The position numbers and the translations under genes were made by a program. The notes below the pieces were generated by a model, which saw nothing but the letters and a program-made list of their open reading frames with translations, searched no databases and had not been told where the DNA came from. This document shows positions 18,735-27,954 of a DNA stretch of 61,074 bases, in pieces. The DNA lies in NCBI GenBank assembly GCA_031362415.1, contig JANLSK010000149.1, positions 1-61,074 of the forward strand, in the 5' to 3' direction. The DNA is from Actinomycetes bacterium (GTDB lineage: Bacteria > Actinomycetota > Acidimicrobiia > IMCC26256 > VFJJ01). The first letter of the stretch is position 1, and every line of letters begins with the position of its first letter.

Positions 18735-20873
18735 TCAGGTCGCCGGGGTTCCGTCGGGATCAGGGGTGGGTGCCGCGGTGGGGCCGTCGGCCGGACGTGA
18801 GGGCGACGCGGGGCTCATCGCCGCCTCGCGAACAGGTGAAGGCGAAGGTTGCGGTGTCGCTCCCGCTGCCGGATCGATGACCGGATCGAGGACCGGATCA
18901 ACGACGGGTGCCGGCGGACGGGGGCCACCGGTCCCGTTGCCGAAGTAACGCATCAGCGTCGCGGCCAGGCCTTCGACCGAGCCGCCCCCTCCCGTGACGA
19001 GCACCTCGGGGACGATCGTGAGCCGCCCGTCGGCAACGGCGTTGGCGACGGCCACGATGGCCGTCGCCTGTGTTCCCAAGGCTTCGCGCTGCGCCTTGAA
19101 CCCTTCCGCACGGGCCAACCCGAGCGCCTCCACGGCCTTGGCTTCGGCCAGACCGAGTGCCTGGACCTTGGTGGCCTCGGCTTGGCCCGTGCGCTCCACG
19201 AAGGCCGCCTCGCCCTCGGCCTCGGCCTTGCGGGCCTCCGAGCGGTTGCGGTTGATGTCGATCGAGACCTGCGAGGTGGCCAACTGGCCCTGCATGTCGG
19301 CTGTCCCCTTGGCCTTCTCGACGTTGATGCGGGCGGTCTGGGCCCGCTCTTGCTCCTCGAACGTGGCCTTCTCCTGCTTGGCGATCTCGCGCTGGGTCAG
19401 CACGGTCACCAGCTCGGCGGGGAACTGCACGTTCTGGATGTACACGCCGCGGGTCTCGACCTCGTAGGCGCTCAGGTAGCGCGAGACCGCCTCGAGCGCT
19501 GTCTGTTGCACCTGCATGCGGGTCTCGATGAACCGGATGGCCTCTTGGTCCTGCAGCGTGTTGCGGAAGTGGTTGCCGACCGCCGACGAGAGCACCTCGT
19601 TGACGAGGTTCAGCATGGTGCCCACCATCGAGATCACCTTGGGGGCTTTGGTGTCGGGCACATGGATCTGCACCTGGAGCTCGATCGTGAACACGAAACC
19701 CTCACGGCTCTTGCCCTCGATGGGCGCCAGGTTGGCGTCGAGCGAGTGGGCCGACGAGACCAGGTTCGACCAGTTGAGCGTGAGGATCGAGGTGGGAACG
19801 ATCTCGGCTGCGTAACAGCGCGGGTTGATGGGGTACTTGCCCGTCCGCAGCGGCTCGGCCCAGATGCCGCGGTGGCCGGGAGCCACGATCGATCCGAACT
19901 TGAAGTCGGTGCCTGAGGTGTCGAGCGTCGGCAGACCAACGAACGCCTTGACCACCGCGACCTCGCCCTGTTGGACGAGGAGCATCGGCGTGAGCTCGAC
20001 CTGGATCAGGAACGGGTTGAGCAGGTAGGCCCCGTACAGCAACGGGTCGTGCTGGAGGCCGATCTTGCCCCCGGCGTCCATGAACCTCTGGAAGTCCTGA
20101 TAGTTGTTGTGGAGCGTGTTCTTGTTGCCGAGGAGGATCTCGATGATGGCCGCTGGCGCATCCCCGTTGGCTTCCATGGCCGAGACGTCGTCGTAGCCGC
20201 CCAGGCGCGATGCGATGTCGCCCGAGAGCAGGGGCTCGCCTTCGAGAGCGGTGACGATCCCCATCACGTCGGCATTGCCCACGGGTGCGATCACCACCAC
20301 CTGGAGCTGCTCATCGGTCAGCCCGAACGAGTCGGCGCCGAGCAACCCACCGGACGACGCGGCCCGAGCGTGGAGGTCGGGCGAGACGGGCATCCCGTAG
20401 ATCGCGTGAGCCGTCAGTACGAGAAAGGCGACGGGATGGATCGGCACGAGCGTTCCCGGAGGCAGCACCGGGCGCTGCACACCCTTTTGGCCGCCCCCTT
20501 GCAGGAACGCAGGAAGGTCGGTGAAGTTGCCGAACGTGGGGTTGTAGAACGCGCTCTTGGCCCCGATGGGGAGCGGACCACCGACTTGGGAGATGACGAC
20601 GCCGATCTCGCCTGCCGGCACCTGCACCCACGGGAACTTCTGGACGCCGTACATGGGCCAGATCTTGAACCGAAGGCCCGGCATCATCAGCTCGGCCTGG
20701 AACCCGGCTTCCCCGTTGAAGGCGATCGGATCGTCGTCGGTGAGGTTCTTGAACCCGAAGCGCTTGTTGAGCAGACCGACCTCGGACGGCCCGATCGAAT
20801 GCAACGACTTCAACACGGTGATGACGAGGAGCAGAGCGACAACACCAGCGAAGACGGCGATCGCGAGTCCCAT
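18735..20873 (-). CDS. flotillin-like SPFH/band-7 family protein
   Basis: N-terminal TM segment and an SPFH domain. A long Ala/Glu/Lys-rich coiled-coil region follows (EAEGEAAFVERTGQAEATKVQALGLAEAKAVEALGLARAEG). The C-terminal tail is Pro-rich. Confidence 0.8.
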   Translation of the reverse strand: MGLAIAVFAGVVALLLVITVLKSLHSIGPSEVGLLNKRFGFKNLTDDDPIAFNGEAGFQAELMMPGLRFKIWPMYGVQKFPWVQVPAGEIGVVISQVGGPLPIGAKSAFYNPTFGNFTDLPAFLQGGGQKGVQRPVLPPGTLVPIHPVAFLVLTAHAIYGMPVSPDLHARAASSGGLLGADSFGLTDEQLQVVVIAPVGNADVMGIVTALEGEPLLSGDIASRLGGYDDVSAMEANGDAPAAIIEILLGNKNTLHNNYQDFQRFMDAGGKIGLQHDPLLYGAYLLNPFLIQVELTPMLLVQQGEVAVVKAFVGLPTLDTSGTDFKFGSIVAPGHRGIWAEPLRTGKYPINPRCYAAEIVPTSILTLNWSNLVSSAHSLDANLAPIEGKSREGFVFTIELQVQIHVPDTKAPKVISMVGTMLNLVNEVLSSAVGNHFRNTLQDQEAIRFIETRMQVQQTALEAVSRYLSAYEVETRGVYIQNVQFPAELVTVLTQREIAKQEKATFEEQERAQTARINVEKAKGTADMQGQLATSQVSIDINRNRSEARKAEAEGEAAFVERTGQAEATKVQALGLAEAKAVEALGLARAEGFKAQREALGTQATAIVAVANAVADGRLTIVPEVLVTGGGGSVEGLAATLMRYFGNGTGGPRPPAPVVDPVLDPVIDPAAGATPQPSPSPVREAAMSPASPSRPADGPTAAPTPDPDGTPAT

Positions 20874-20929
20874 TGACGGTGCTCCTTGTCGGCACCGATC
20901 TCGCTGGCGGATCGGTCGCGTTGCGAACG

Positions 20930-21769
20930 CTACGCCTTCGTGGAGCCTCCGGTGAACAGATCGTGGACGACGGTGATCGGCACCCCAGCCGGCCGGGGGT
21001 GCCCGTAGCGGATGTAGAACTCCCAGCCGAACGACTCGGTGAACACCTCGGTGGGCATCTGCATGAAAAACGAGCTGTCGTCGATCTGGCTGGCGTGCGC
21101 GGCCATCGCCCGACGCTTGACGGGGGCGAACTCCCGCACGTCGACCGAGTGGGTGATGCGCTCCTCGGGCACCCCGAAGTCGTCGTCGAACTCGTCGATC
21201 TCCGGCATGCCCTCGGGCATCTGGCCACCGTTGCTCTCGGCCGCGGCGCGCATGAGCCGCTCGAAGTGGGCCCGGTTGATCGTGGCCTCGTACACCTCGG
21301 TGACCCCGGCGATCTCCGCCGCGCGGAGCCCGACGCGGTGCACCTGGATGTGATCGGGATGGCCGTAGCCGCCGTTGTCGTCGTAGATCGTGATCACGTC
21401 GGCGTGCTCGTTGGTGAGGATGGCCGCCAGGCGTCGTGCCGCCTCCTCGACGTCGGCCTGCCAGAAGCAGTCGGGGCGTTCGGTGGTGGGCGTTCCCTTC
21501 ATCCCGGAGTCGTGGTAGCCGAGGAACTCGACCCGATCGACCCCGAGGACCGCCCCGGCCGCCAGGCTCTCGACGCTGCGACGATCGCCGAGCGTCTCCC
21601 CGTCAGCCAGGAACCCGTCGGTCACCTCACCGACCTCGCCCAGGGTGGCCAGCACCAAGACGACCCGGTGACCGTCGGCCGCAGCCCGCGCCATGAGCCC
21701 ACCGGTGGCGATGGACTCGTCGTCGGGATGGGCATGGAAGCAGACCAAGGTGGGCATCGGCCCCATCAT
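20930..21769 (-). CDS. PIG-L family deacetylase (MshB/Mca-like)
   Basis: HAHPDDE zinc-binding motif and DDNGGYGHPDHIQVHR. Confidence 0.75.
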   Translation of the reverse strand: MMGPMPTLVCFHAHPDDESIATGGLMARAAADGHRVVLVLATLGEVGEVTDGFLADGETLGDRRSVESLAAGAVLGVDRVEFLGYHDSGMKGTPTTERPDCFWQADVEEAARRLAAILTNEHADVITIYDDNGGYGHPDHIQVHRVGLRAAEIAGVTEVYEATINRAHFERLMRAAAESNGGQMPEGMPEIDEFDDDFGVPEERITHSVDVREFAPVKRRAMAAHASQIDDSSFFMQMPTEVFTESFGWEFYIRYGHPRPAGVPITVVHDLFTGGSTKA

Positions 21770-21825
21770 GGCGCACGTTCGCTGCCTGTTGAGGGTCGAC
21801 GCGGCGGCCCACGCCCGGCCCCTCC

Positions 21826-21875
21826 CGAACAACTGCCAGTACAGGGCCGCCTGCGCGCGACTACTGGCAGTTGCT
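21826..21875. repeat. palindromic intergenic element copy 1 (CAACTGCCAGTACA...CTGGCAGTTGCTCG)
   Basis: A 14-15 bp perfect inverted repeat flanks a ~20-nt spacer containing CGCGCGACT. It lies in the divergent region between the PIG-L and dut genes. A near-identical copy sits at 39102..39150. Confidence 0.7.
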
Positions 21876-21917
21876 CGTTCGTTTCGGCGCAGGGTGCGGT
21901 CCGTAGGCTGACCCGTG

Positions 21918-22370
21918 ATGCTCGCTATCGCTGTCGCTGTCGTGCGGCTCGACCCTGGCCTTCCGCTGCCTGCGCAGGCCCACGACGGTGATGCCGGCTA
22001 TGACCTCGTCGCCCGGGAAGGCGTCGTGCTCCCGGCCGGCGGTGGACGGGCGGCGGTCCCCACCGGCATCGCGTTGGCCATCCCGCCGGGGTACGCGGGC
22101 TTCGTGCAACCTCGTTCGGGGCTGGCGCTACGCCACGGCATCACGTGCCTGAACACGCCCGGGCTGGTCGACGCCGGCTACCGCGACGAGCTCCGCGTGA
22201 TTCTCGTGAACCTCGATGCGACGCACAGCTACGAGGTGCGGCGCGGCGATCGCATCGCCCAGCTCGTCATTCAGCGCTTCGAGTCAATCGCCTGGAACGA
22301 GGTCGGCTCGATCGCCGAGCTGCCCCCGGCCGAGCGAGGCCTGGGCGGCTTCGGTTCGTCCGGGCGCTGA
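21918..22370 (+). CDS. dut: dUTP diphosphatase
   Basis: Conserved dUTPase motifs [25 protein letters not shown] and GDRIAQLV. Confidence 0.9.
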   Translation: MLAIAVAVVRLDPGLPLPAQAHDGDAGYDLVAREGVVLPAGGGRAAVPTGIALAIPPGYAGFVQPRSGLALRHGITCLNTPGLVDAGYRDELRVILVNLDATHSYEVRRGDRIAQLVIQRFESIAWNEVGSIAELPPAERGLGGFGSSGR

Positions 22371-22448
22371 GGCTCCGGCCTCAGACCTCAGGCCCCGGGA
22401 CAAGTTGACCGGTCGGCGAAGACGGTTTGCTAGAGTCGCACCGTTCAT

Positions 22449-22524
22449 GCGGACGTGGCTCAGCTGGTAGAGCATCACCTTGCCAAGGTGAGGGTCGCGG
22501 GTTCGAATCCCGTCGTCCGCTCCA
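22449..22524 (+). tRNA. tRNA-Gly (GCC)
   Basis: GCGGACG acceptor stem, GTTCGAATC T-loop and a CACCT/TTGCCAA/GGTGA anticodon arm. CCA is encoded. Confidence 0.9.
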
Positions 22525-22533
22525 CAGAAGTGC

Positions 22534-22557
22534 AGGTCAGCCCCGGTTTCGGCCGGG
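22534..22557 (+). terminator. hairpin downstream of tRNA-Gly
   Basis: CAGCCCCGG-TTTC-GGCCGGGGCTG is a perfect 9-bp GC stem. Confidence 0.5.
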
Positions 22558-22991
22558 GCTGCTTCGCGCCTGTGGTGGGGATAGCGGTTTGATCCCGCGT
22601 CCATCCCTGTGCTGTCCCGGTTCATCGTGGCGATGTTGGCTCCGGTTGGTGTGTTCCAGTTCGGGGACTGCCTCCTGAAGGTGGGCGCAGTGGCTCCGGT
22701 AGCTGTGTTACACCCGGACGATCGCTTCGCCGGTGCTGATCAGCCACGCCGGTCTCCCTCGACGTCCACGGTGGGGCGCTCCGGCATCGGCGGGGAGGGC
22801 AGCCCTTCATCGTGGGCACGCATGCTGGAGGCCCCGACGGCCATCGTCGTTGGCCCGACGCCCGGCAGATCTCGCCTGGGACCCCGAACGCCCCGAGCGC
22901 GTCGAGCCGTCGAGATCACCCTGGCTCGGGACGGCGGTGGTAGCGTCCGCGGGTCCGGCCGCGGTGGGGCGGCCTCGAGCCTGGAGTCAGG

Positions 22992-24701
22992 GTGGAACCG
23001 GCGAACTGGAGTCCCGACCCGACGGGCCGGCACGAATACCGCTACTGGGACGGGCAACGCTGGACCGACCTCGTCGCCAACGGCGGTGTGCAGTCGAACG
23101 ACCCTTTCGAGGTTCAGCCTCCGGCTCCGGCCGTGCCGCACGCTCCGCCCGTCGTCCAGAGGCCGGCGTCGGCGCCCACCCAGGCGTTCCCGTCAACGCC
23201 CACGCCGCCGCAGCCGACGTCGACACCACAGCAGCCGACGTCGACACCACAGCAGCCGACGTCGACACCACAGCAGCCGACGTCGACACCACAGCAGCCG
23301 TGGCCGAGCGCCGGCAGCGGCTACCCCGCTCCCGCCCCGGCTTTCGACCCCGCCTTCGCGGCGGCACCCGTCACCGCCCCGGCGCCCGAGGCTGATGCTC
23401 GTCGGCGCCGGCCCGTCGTGGTGTGGCTCGTTGCCCTGCTGTGTGTGGCGCTCTTTGCCGCCGGACTCGTGGTCGGCTCGGTCGTTGGCGGCGACGACGA
23501 CGCTGCCGGGTCCGGCGGCCAGGTCGGCGAGATCTTTCTGGAGCCGGCGTCGGTCGAGGGGCCCGATGCCTTCACCAAGAGCACGGGGATGGGCTTCGCG
23601 CAGGAGGTCCGCGACAAGGCACTGCCGTCGAAGGCCGTGGGGGCGGCAACGCCCGGAGCCGGCGAAGAGGCCGACCCTGTCGTCACCGTCGTTCCCGTCC
23701 CCGGCACCACACCAGGCCTCTATGGCGGCACGCGCGACGACGCCGAATGCGACGTCGGCCAGATGATCGAGTTCCTGCAGGAGAATCCCGACAAGCTCGA
23801 AGCCTGGGCCGGGGTCCAGGGCATCGACCCGGAATCGGTGCCCGACTACCTGCGCTCGCTCACGCCGGTCGTGCTGCTCGAGGACACCCGTGTCACCAAC
23901 CACGGTTTCAGCAACGGACGGGCCACGCCGCGACAGTCGGTCCTCGAGCGGGGAACGGCGGTTCTCGTCGACCCGTCGGGGGTTCCCCGGGCCCGCTGCG
24001 CCTGCGGCAACCCGCTCGTGGCGCCCATCCCTCAGCCCCTCGGCGCGCCGTTCACCGGCGACGTCTGGGACGATTTCGAGCCGGCCCTGGTGCTGGTGAT
24101 CGTGTCCATCGAGGTGGTGATCGAGTTCGTGCTCGTCGACCTGGGCGATCCCGAGGTGGGCGACAAGTTCGTGCGCCCGGTGGGCACCGACGGCTCGTCC
24201 GACGAGAACGTCCCCGAACCCACCACCACGACCACCGAGCCTCCGGCCACCACGACCACCGAGCCCCCGACATCGACGACGGTTCCCGAGACCACGACGA
24301 CCGTCGAGCTCGGCACCGGCGACATCCAGATCACGTTGCGCTGGAATTCGACGGCCGACCTCGATCTGTACGTGACCACGCCCGACGGCTCGATCATCTC
24401 GTTCGGCCAGCCGACGAGCTCCGACGGCGGGACGCTCGACGTGGACGCGAACGCCGCCTGTAGCCCCGTCGAGATCGTGTCACCGCCTGTCGAGAACGTG
24501 TTCTGGCCCGTCGGGGGGGCGCCGAGCGGCACCTACAGCGTGCAGCTCAACTACTTCTCGGAGTGCGAGGGCGGCACCGGCCCCCAGGACTACACGGTCG
24601 AGATCAAGGTCGACGGCCGCGAGCTGGGTCCGTTCCGCGGCACGGTCGACGCTGCCAGTGGCCTCGTCGAGTTCGTCGACGTCCACACCTTCACCGTCTG
24701 A
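22992..24701 (+). CDS. DUF2510 domain-containing membrane protein with PQQPTST repeats
   Basis: N-terminal WSPDPTGRHEYRYWDGQRWTD signature. Five tandem PQQPTST repeats, a single TM segment, Thr/Pro-rich linkers and a C-terminal beta-rich domain (ITLRWNSTADLDLYVTTPDG). Confidence 0.7.
   Translation: MEPANWSPDPTGRHEYRYWDGQRWTDLVANGGVQSNDPFEVQPPAPAVPHAPPVVQRPASAPTQAFPSTPTPPQPTSTPQQPTSTPQQPTSTPQQPTSTPQQPWPSAGSGYPAPAPAFDPAFAAAPVTAPAPEADARRRRPVVVWLVALLCVALFAAGLVVGSVVGGDDDAAGSGGQVGEIFLEPASVEGPDAFTKSTGMGFAQEVRDKALPSKAVGAATPGAGEEADPVVTVVPVPGTTPGLYGGTRDDAECDVGQMIEFLQENPDKLEAWAGVQGIDPESVPDYLRSLTPVVLLEDTRVTNHGFSNGRATPRQSVLERGTAVLVDPSGVPRARCACGNPLVAPIPQPLGAPFTGDVWDDFEPALVLVIVSIEVVIEFVLVDLGDPEVGDKFVRPVGTDGSSDENVPEPTTTTTEPPATTTTEPPTSTTVPETTTTVELGTGDIQITLRWNSTADLDLYVTTPDGSIISFGQPTSSDGGTLDVDANAACSPVEIVSPPVENVFWPVGGAPSGTYSVQLNYFSECEGGTGPQDYTVEIKVDGRELGPFRGTVDAASGLVEFVDVHTFTV
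23205..23300. repeat. 21-bp tandem repeat (~4.6 copies) encoding PQQPTST
   Basis: ccgcagccgacgtcgacacca repeated head-to-tail inside the CDS. Confidence 0.9.
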
Positions 24702-24763
24702 CACCTTCACGTGCGGCACCTTCACCAGCTGACGCCTTCCCTGGCGCGACGAACGGGCACATC

Positions 24764-25825
24764 ATGACGACCCCGGTGGCTCCAGACACCCCGTTCGTCC
24801 CCGAGGACGACACGTACCACGTCCTGTCGGACGATCCCTACGAGTTCGAGACCACCTGGTGGTCGCTGAACATCCCCGAGCGGCGCATCGGCGCCTGGCT
24901 TCATGCCGGCTATCACAGCAATCGTCAGCAGGCGACGTGGCGTGTGTTCGTCTGGGATCCGAGCGGCGCCGATCCGGGCCGGCTGGCGTACTACAAGATC
25001 GCACCCGACGTAGACATGCCGCCAGAGCCCGACCTGCGCGACATCACCTTCCCGGGAGGGGGCTTCAGCGTGAAGATGCTCGAGCCACTGATGAACTACC
25101 ACGTGGCCTATCGCGATGCCGATGCCGATTTCGCCATCGAGCTCGAGCACCGCAGCGTGCATCCGCCCCGCCGGTTCACCCCGGGCGAGGCGCCGATCAT
25201 GCACAACCCCCATCTCGATCAGCTCGGGCACGTCACCGGGGAGCTGGTGCTTCACGGCGAGCGCATCGCCATCGACTGCCACTCGGTGCGTGACCGCACC
25301 TGGGGGCCGCGTGGCGGCCATCACGCCCAGAGCCGCAAGCCCGAGCACCTCCGAGGCGAGCACCGGGTCGCCCATCCGGGCGGTCCGCGTTGGCGCGAGG
25401 TCGAGCGCGAGCGGGGCCGGGGCCGCATTCAGTACATCTTCGGCCACACCGACGCCCAGACGGGGTTCCTGAGCTTCGTCCGCCCGCAGGACGGCGATGC
25501 CGCCGGATGGTCGCCACTGAACGTCGGCTGGTTGCTCAAGGACGGGGTGTTCGAGCGGCTCGACAGGTCGAAGAGCCGCATGCGGAATTTCCGCGATCCG
25601 AACACGGGCTGGAGCGCCCACATGGAGGTCGTGCTCGTCGACGTGACCGGACGGACGATGGAGGCCGAGGGGTTCGCGCGCAGCCACATGTGCGAGCACG
25701 CCGCGGGCTCCAACGCGTTGATGCGCTGGGAGTACGACGGCCAGATCGGCTGGGGCGAGGATCAGGACGGCTGGCGGTCCGAGCACTTCGTGAAGATGCT
25801 CAACGCGCTGCGCGCCACGAGGTAG
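24764..25825 (+). CDS. hypothetical protein, RDRTWG-motif (distant paralog C of 8347/28612 family)
   Basis: 353 aa. It shares a DxxSVRDRTWGPRGG block with the RDRSWGVRPVGE block of the other two paralogs. It lies immediately upstream of the P450 gene. Confidence 0.5.
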   Translation: MTTPVAPDTPFVPEDDTYHVLSDDPYEFETTWWSLNIPERRIGAWLHAGYHSNRQQATWRVFVWDPSGADPGRLAYYKIAPDVDMPPEPDLRDITFPGGGFSVKMLEPLMNYHVAYRDADADFAIELEHRSVHPPRRFTPGEAPIMHNPHLDQLGHVTGELVLHGERIAIDCHSVRDRTWGPRGGHHAQSRKPEHLRGEHRVAHPGGPRWREVERERGRGRIQYIFGHTDAQTGFLSFVRPQDGDAAGWSPLNVGWLLKDGVFERLDRSKSRMRNFRDPNTGWSAHMEVVLVDVTGRTMEAEGFARSHMCEHAAGSNALMRWEYDGQIGWGEDQDGWRSEHFVKMLNALRATR

Positions 25826-25910
25826 GTCAGGCGAGCGCGGCGGGCCTTTCGCCGTCGACAAGGTGTCGGGTACCCTCACTCGCACACACGATCAGGGAAG
25901 TGGGGGCTCG

Positions 25911-27200
25911 ATGACGACCATGGACGCGCGCAGCAGGGCCGAGGCCGAGGCCGAGGCGTACAACCCCTACGACGCGGCGTTCCTCGAGCGCGAGTTCGAG
26001 GTGTACGACATCCTCCGCGCCGAGCTCCCGATCGCTCGGACCGAGGCGATCACGGCCATGGGTGCGCCCGGATCGTGGGTGCTCACCCGCTACGACCAGT
26101 CGTGCGACTTCCTCCAGGATCACGCCAGCTTCTCCAACCAGTCGAACGTGTATCCGGTGCGGCCGTGGATACCGCAAGCCATCGACCCGCCGGCGCACAG
26201 CGCGTACCGGCGGATCATGAACCCGTGGTTCACCGTCGACGAGATGCGCCATCTCGAGCCGCACCTCGAGAAGTTCGCCGACGAGCTCGTCGACACCATG
26301 CTCGACCAGGGTGACGAGTTCGATTTCGTGGCCGCGTTCGCCGATCCGTTCCCCACGGTCATCTTCTGCCAGCTCGCCGGGTTCCCGCTCGACGACTACG
26401 AGCAGATCATGAACTGGAAGAACACGCTGATGCACTGCGCCGACGGTCACGCTCGCGGCTTCGAGCTCGCCGCCGAGCTGGCGCGTGAGCTCGGCCACGA
26501 GGTCTCGGGGTCGCGCCTCACACCCGAGGCCGAGCTCGCCGTGCGTGCCGGGGTCGGTCAACGCATCTACGCGTACCTGGCCGACCTCATCGACCGTCGC
26601 CGGGCCGAGCCGGCCGACGACATGATCACCAAGCTGCTCGCCGCCTCCTATGAAGGGGAGCGCCCGCTCACCCAGGAGGAGCTCGAGGACACGCTCTTCC
26701 TCTTCTACATGGCCGGTCTCGACACGGTGGCGTCGGCACTGGGCCTGATCGTGCAGACGTTCGCCGCCAACCCCGAGAAGCGTCGCGAGTTCATCGAGCT
26801 GATGGAAGACCCCGAGCGCGTCGGTCCCGCCGTCGAGGAGCTGATCCGCTACCACGCCATCGTGCTGCTCCCTCGGCGGGTGACCCACGACGTCACCTTC
26901 CACGGCACCGAGTTCGCGCAGGGAGCGCAGGTGCTGTGCCCCACCATGGCCGCCAACCGCGACGCCGAGGAGTTCGCCGACCCCGACGAGCTGGTGTACG
27001 ACCGCACGCCCAACCGCCATCTCGGGTTCGGGCTGGGCCCGCACCGCTGCATCGGGATCCACCTGGCGCGACGCGAAGTGCGGATTGCCCTCCAGGCCTT
27101 TCACCGCAAGCTCCCCGACTATCACCTCGATCCCGAACGTCGGGCCGAGGCCTTCGGTGGCATGAAGGGCCTCGCCGCGTTGCCCCTGGTCAAGGGATGA
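25911..27200 (+). CDS. cytochrome P450
   Basis: Heme-binding loop FGLGPHRCIGIHLAR and the ExxR region. An RBS-like gggaag lies upstream of the ATG at 25911. Confidence 0.9.
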   Translation: MTTMDARSRAEAEAEAYNPYDAAFLEREFEVYDILRAELPIARTEAITAMGAPGSWVLTRYDQSCDFLQDHASFSNQSNVYPVRPWIPQAIDPPAHSAYRRIMNPWFTVDEMRHLEPHLEKFADELVDTMLDQGDEFDFVAAFADPFPTVIFCQLAGFPLDDYEQIMNWKNTLMHCADGHARGFELAAELARELGHEVSGSRLTPEAELAVRAGVGQRIYAYLADLIDRRRAEPADDMITKLLAASYEGERPLTQEELEDTLFLFYMAGLDTVASALGLIVQTFAANPEKRREFIELMEDPERVGPAVEELIRYHAIVLLPRRVTHDVTFHGTEFAQGAQVLCPTMAANRDAEEFADPDELVYDRTPNRHLGFGLGPHRCIGIHLARREVRIALQAFHRKLPDYHLDPERRAEAFGGMKGLAALPLVKG

Positions 27201-27451
27201 CGGGGGCGTTGATGCGGGTCGAGCTCGACAGCGGGCGCTGCCAGGGTCACGGCCAGTGCGCCATGGCCGCGCCCGAGGTGTTCGCCTTCGACGACCAGGG
27301 TTTCGCCGTCCTCCAGATCCACGACGTGCCCGTCGAGCTGGCCGACAAGGTCCGCTCAGCCGCACTGCGCTGTCCCGAACGGGCCATCTCCATCACGCAG
27401 GAGACCTTCGGCACTCGGCCTGTCGGGCTTGGCGAGGCCATGCGTCCCTGA
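27197..27451 (+). CDS. ferredoxin (single-cluster, P450 redox partner type)
   Basis: 84 aa with CQGHGQC...CP cluster-binding pattern. The ATG overlaps the P450 stop (ATGA). Confidence 0.75.
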   Translation: MTGALMRVELDSGRCQGHGQCAMAAPEVFAFDDQGFAVLQIHDVPVELADKVRSAALRCPERAISITQETFGTRPVGLGEAMRP

Positions 27452-27475
27452 AGGAGCAGACGCCAGCGATCTCGG

Positions 27476-27751
27476 ATGTCGGCGTACGAGGACGGGCACA
27501 CCTTTCCCAAGCTCGACACCCTCGAGCGGATCGCTCGGGCGGCCGACGCGGAGCTGGCCCTCGTACCCCGGGGCAGCGAGCGCGTCGCCCGTCAGTTCGA
27601 GCTCGTTCGCGAAGCGGTCGAGGCCGGGGACTGGTCGCGGTCGTTGAGGCTCGTGGCTGAACTCGTCGCCTGGGTCCGCACCGACATGGTCGGCGCTCAT
27701 TGCCTCAACGTGATCCCGGCTTCGTCGGAGATCGTCGTTGGGACGCTCTGA
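27476..27751 (+). CDS. small protein with XRE-HTH C-terminal-like segment (possible truncated antitoxin)
   Basis: TFPKLDTLERIARAADAEL resembles the last helices of an XRE HTH. No N-terminal helices are present. Confidence 0.3.
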   Translation: MSAYEDGHTFPKLDTLERIARAADAELALVPRGSERVARQFELVREAVEAGDWSRSLRLVAELVAWVRTDMVGAHCLNVIPASSEIVVGTL

Positions 27752-27954
27752 TCGGCGGCGTGGCCGAGTTGCTGGCAGCTGAGCTCGACATCCCGATCCC
27801 GAGCTGGGCGAGCGGTCCGGGCCGCTTCCTCGATCAGGTGTGGTTCTACACCAGCCTGAGGTCGTTGTGGCCGTATGTGCTCGTCACGACGCCGGCTGCG
27901 CTGGCGTCTCGTGGAGTCATGCTCAGCGCCGACTCGTTGGCGAGCGTGTGATCC

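Noticed and set aside
22609-22991. ORF 22609..23766 (385 aa, Arg/Pro-rich) in the 470-bp gap after tRNA-Gly
   Set aside because: Low-complexity translation that runs into and out of frame with the DUF2510 gene. No RBS or start context. The region more likely holds the tRNA terminator and the promoter/5'-UTR of the DUF2510 gene.
27197-27212. Alternative ferredoxin start at the second ATG (MRVELD)
   Set aside because: The first ATG overlaps the P450 stop (ATGA), typical of translational coupling in this window. Either start gives the same cluster-binding core, so the upstream one was kept.
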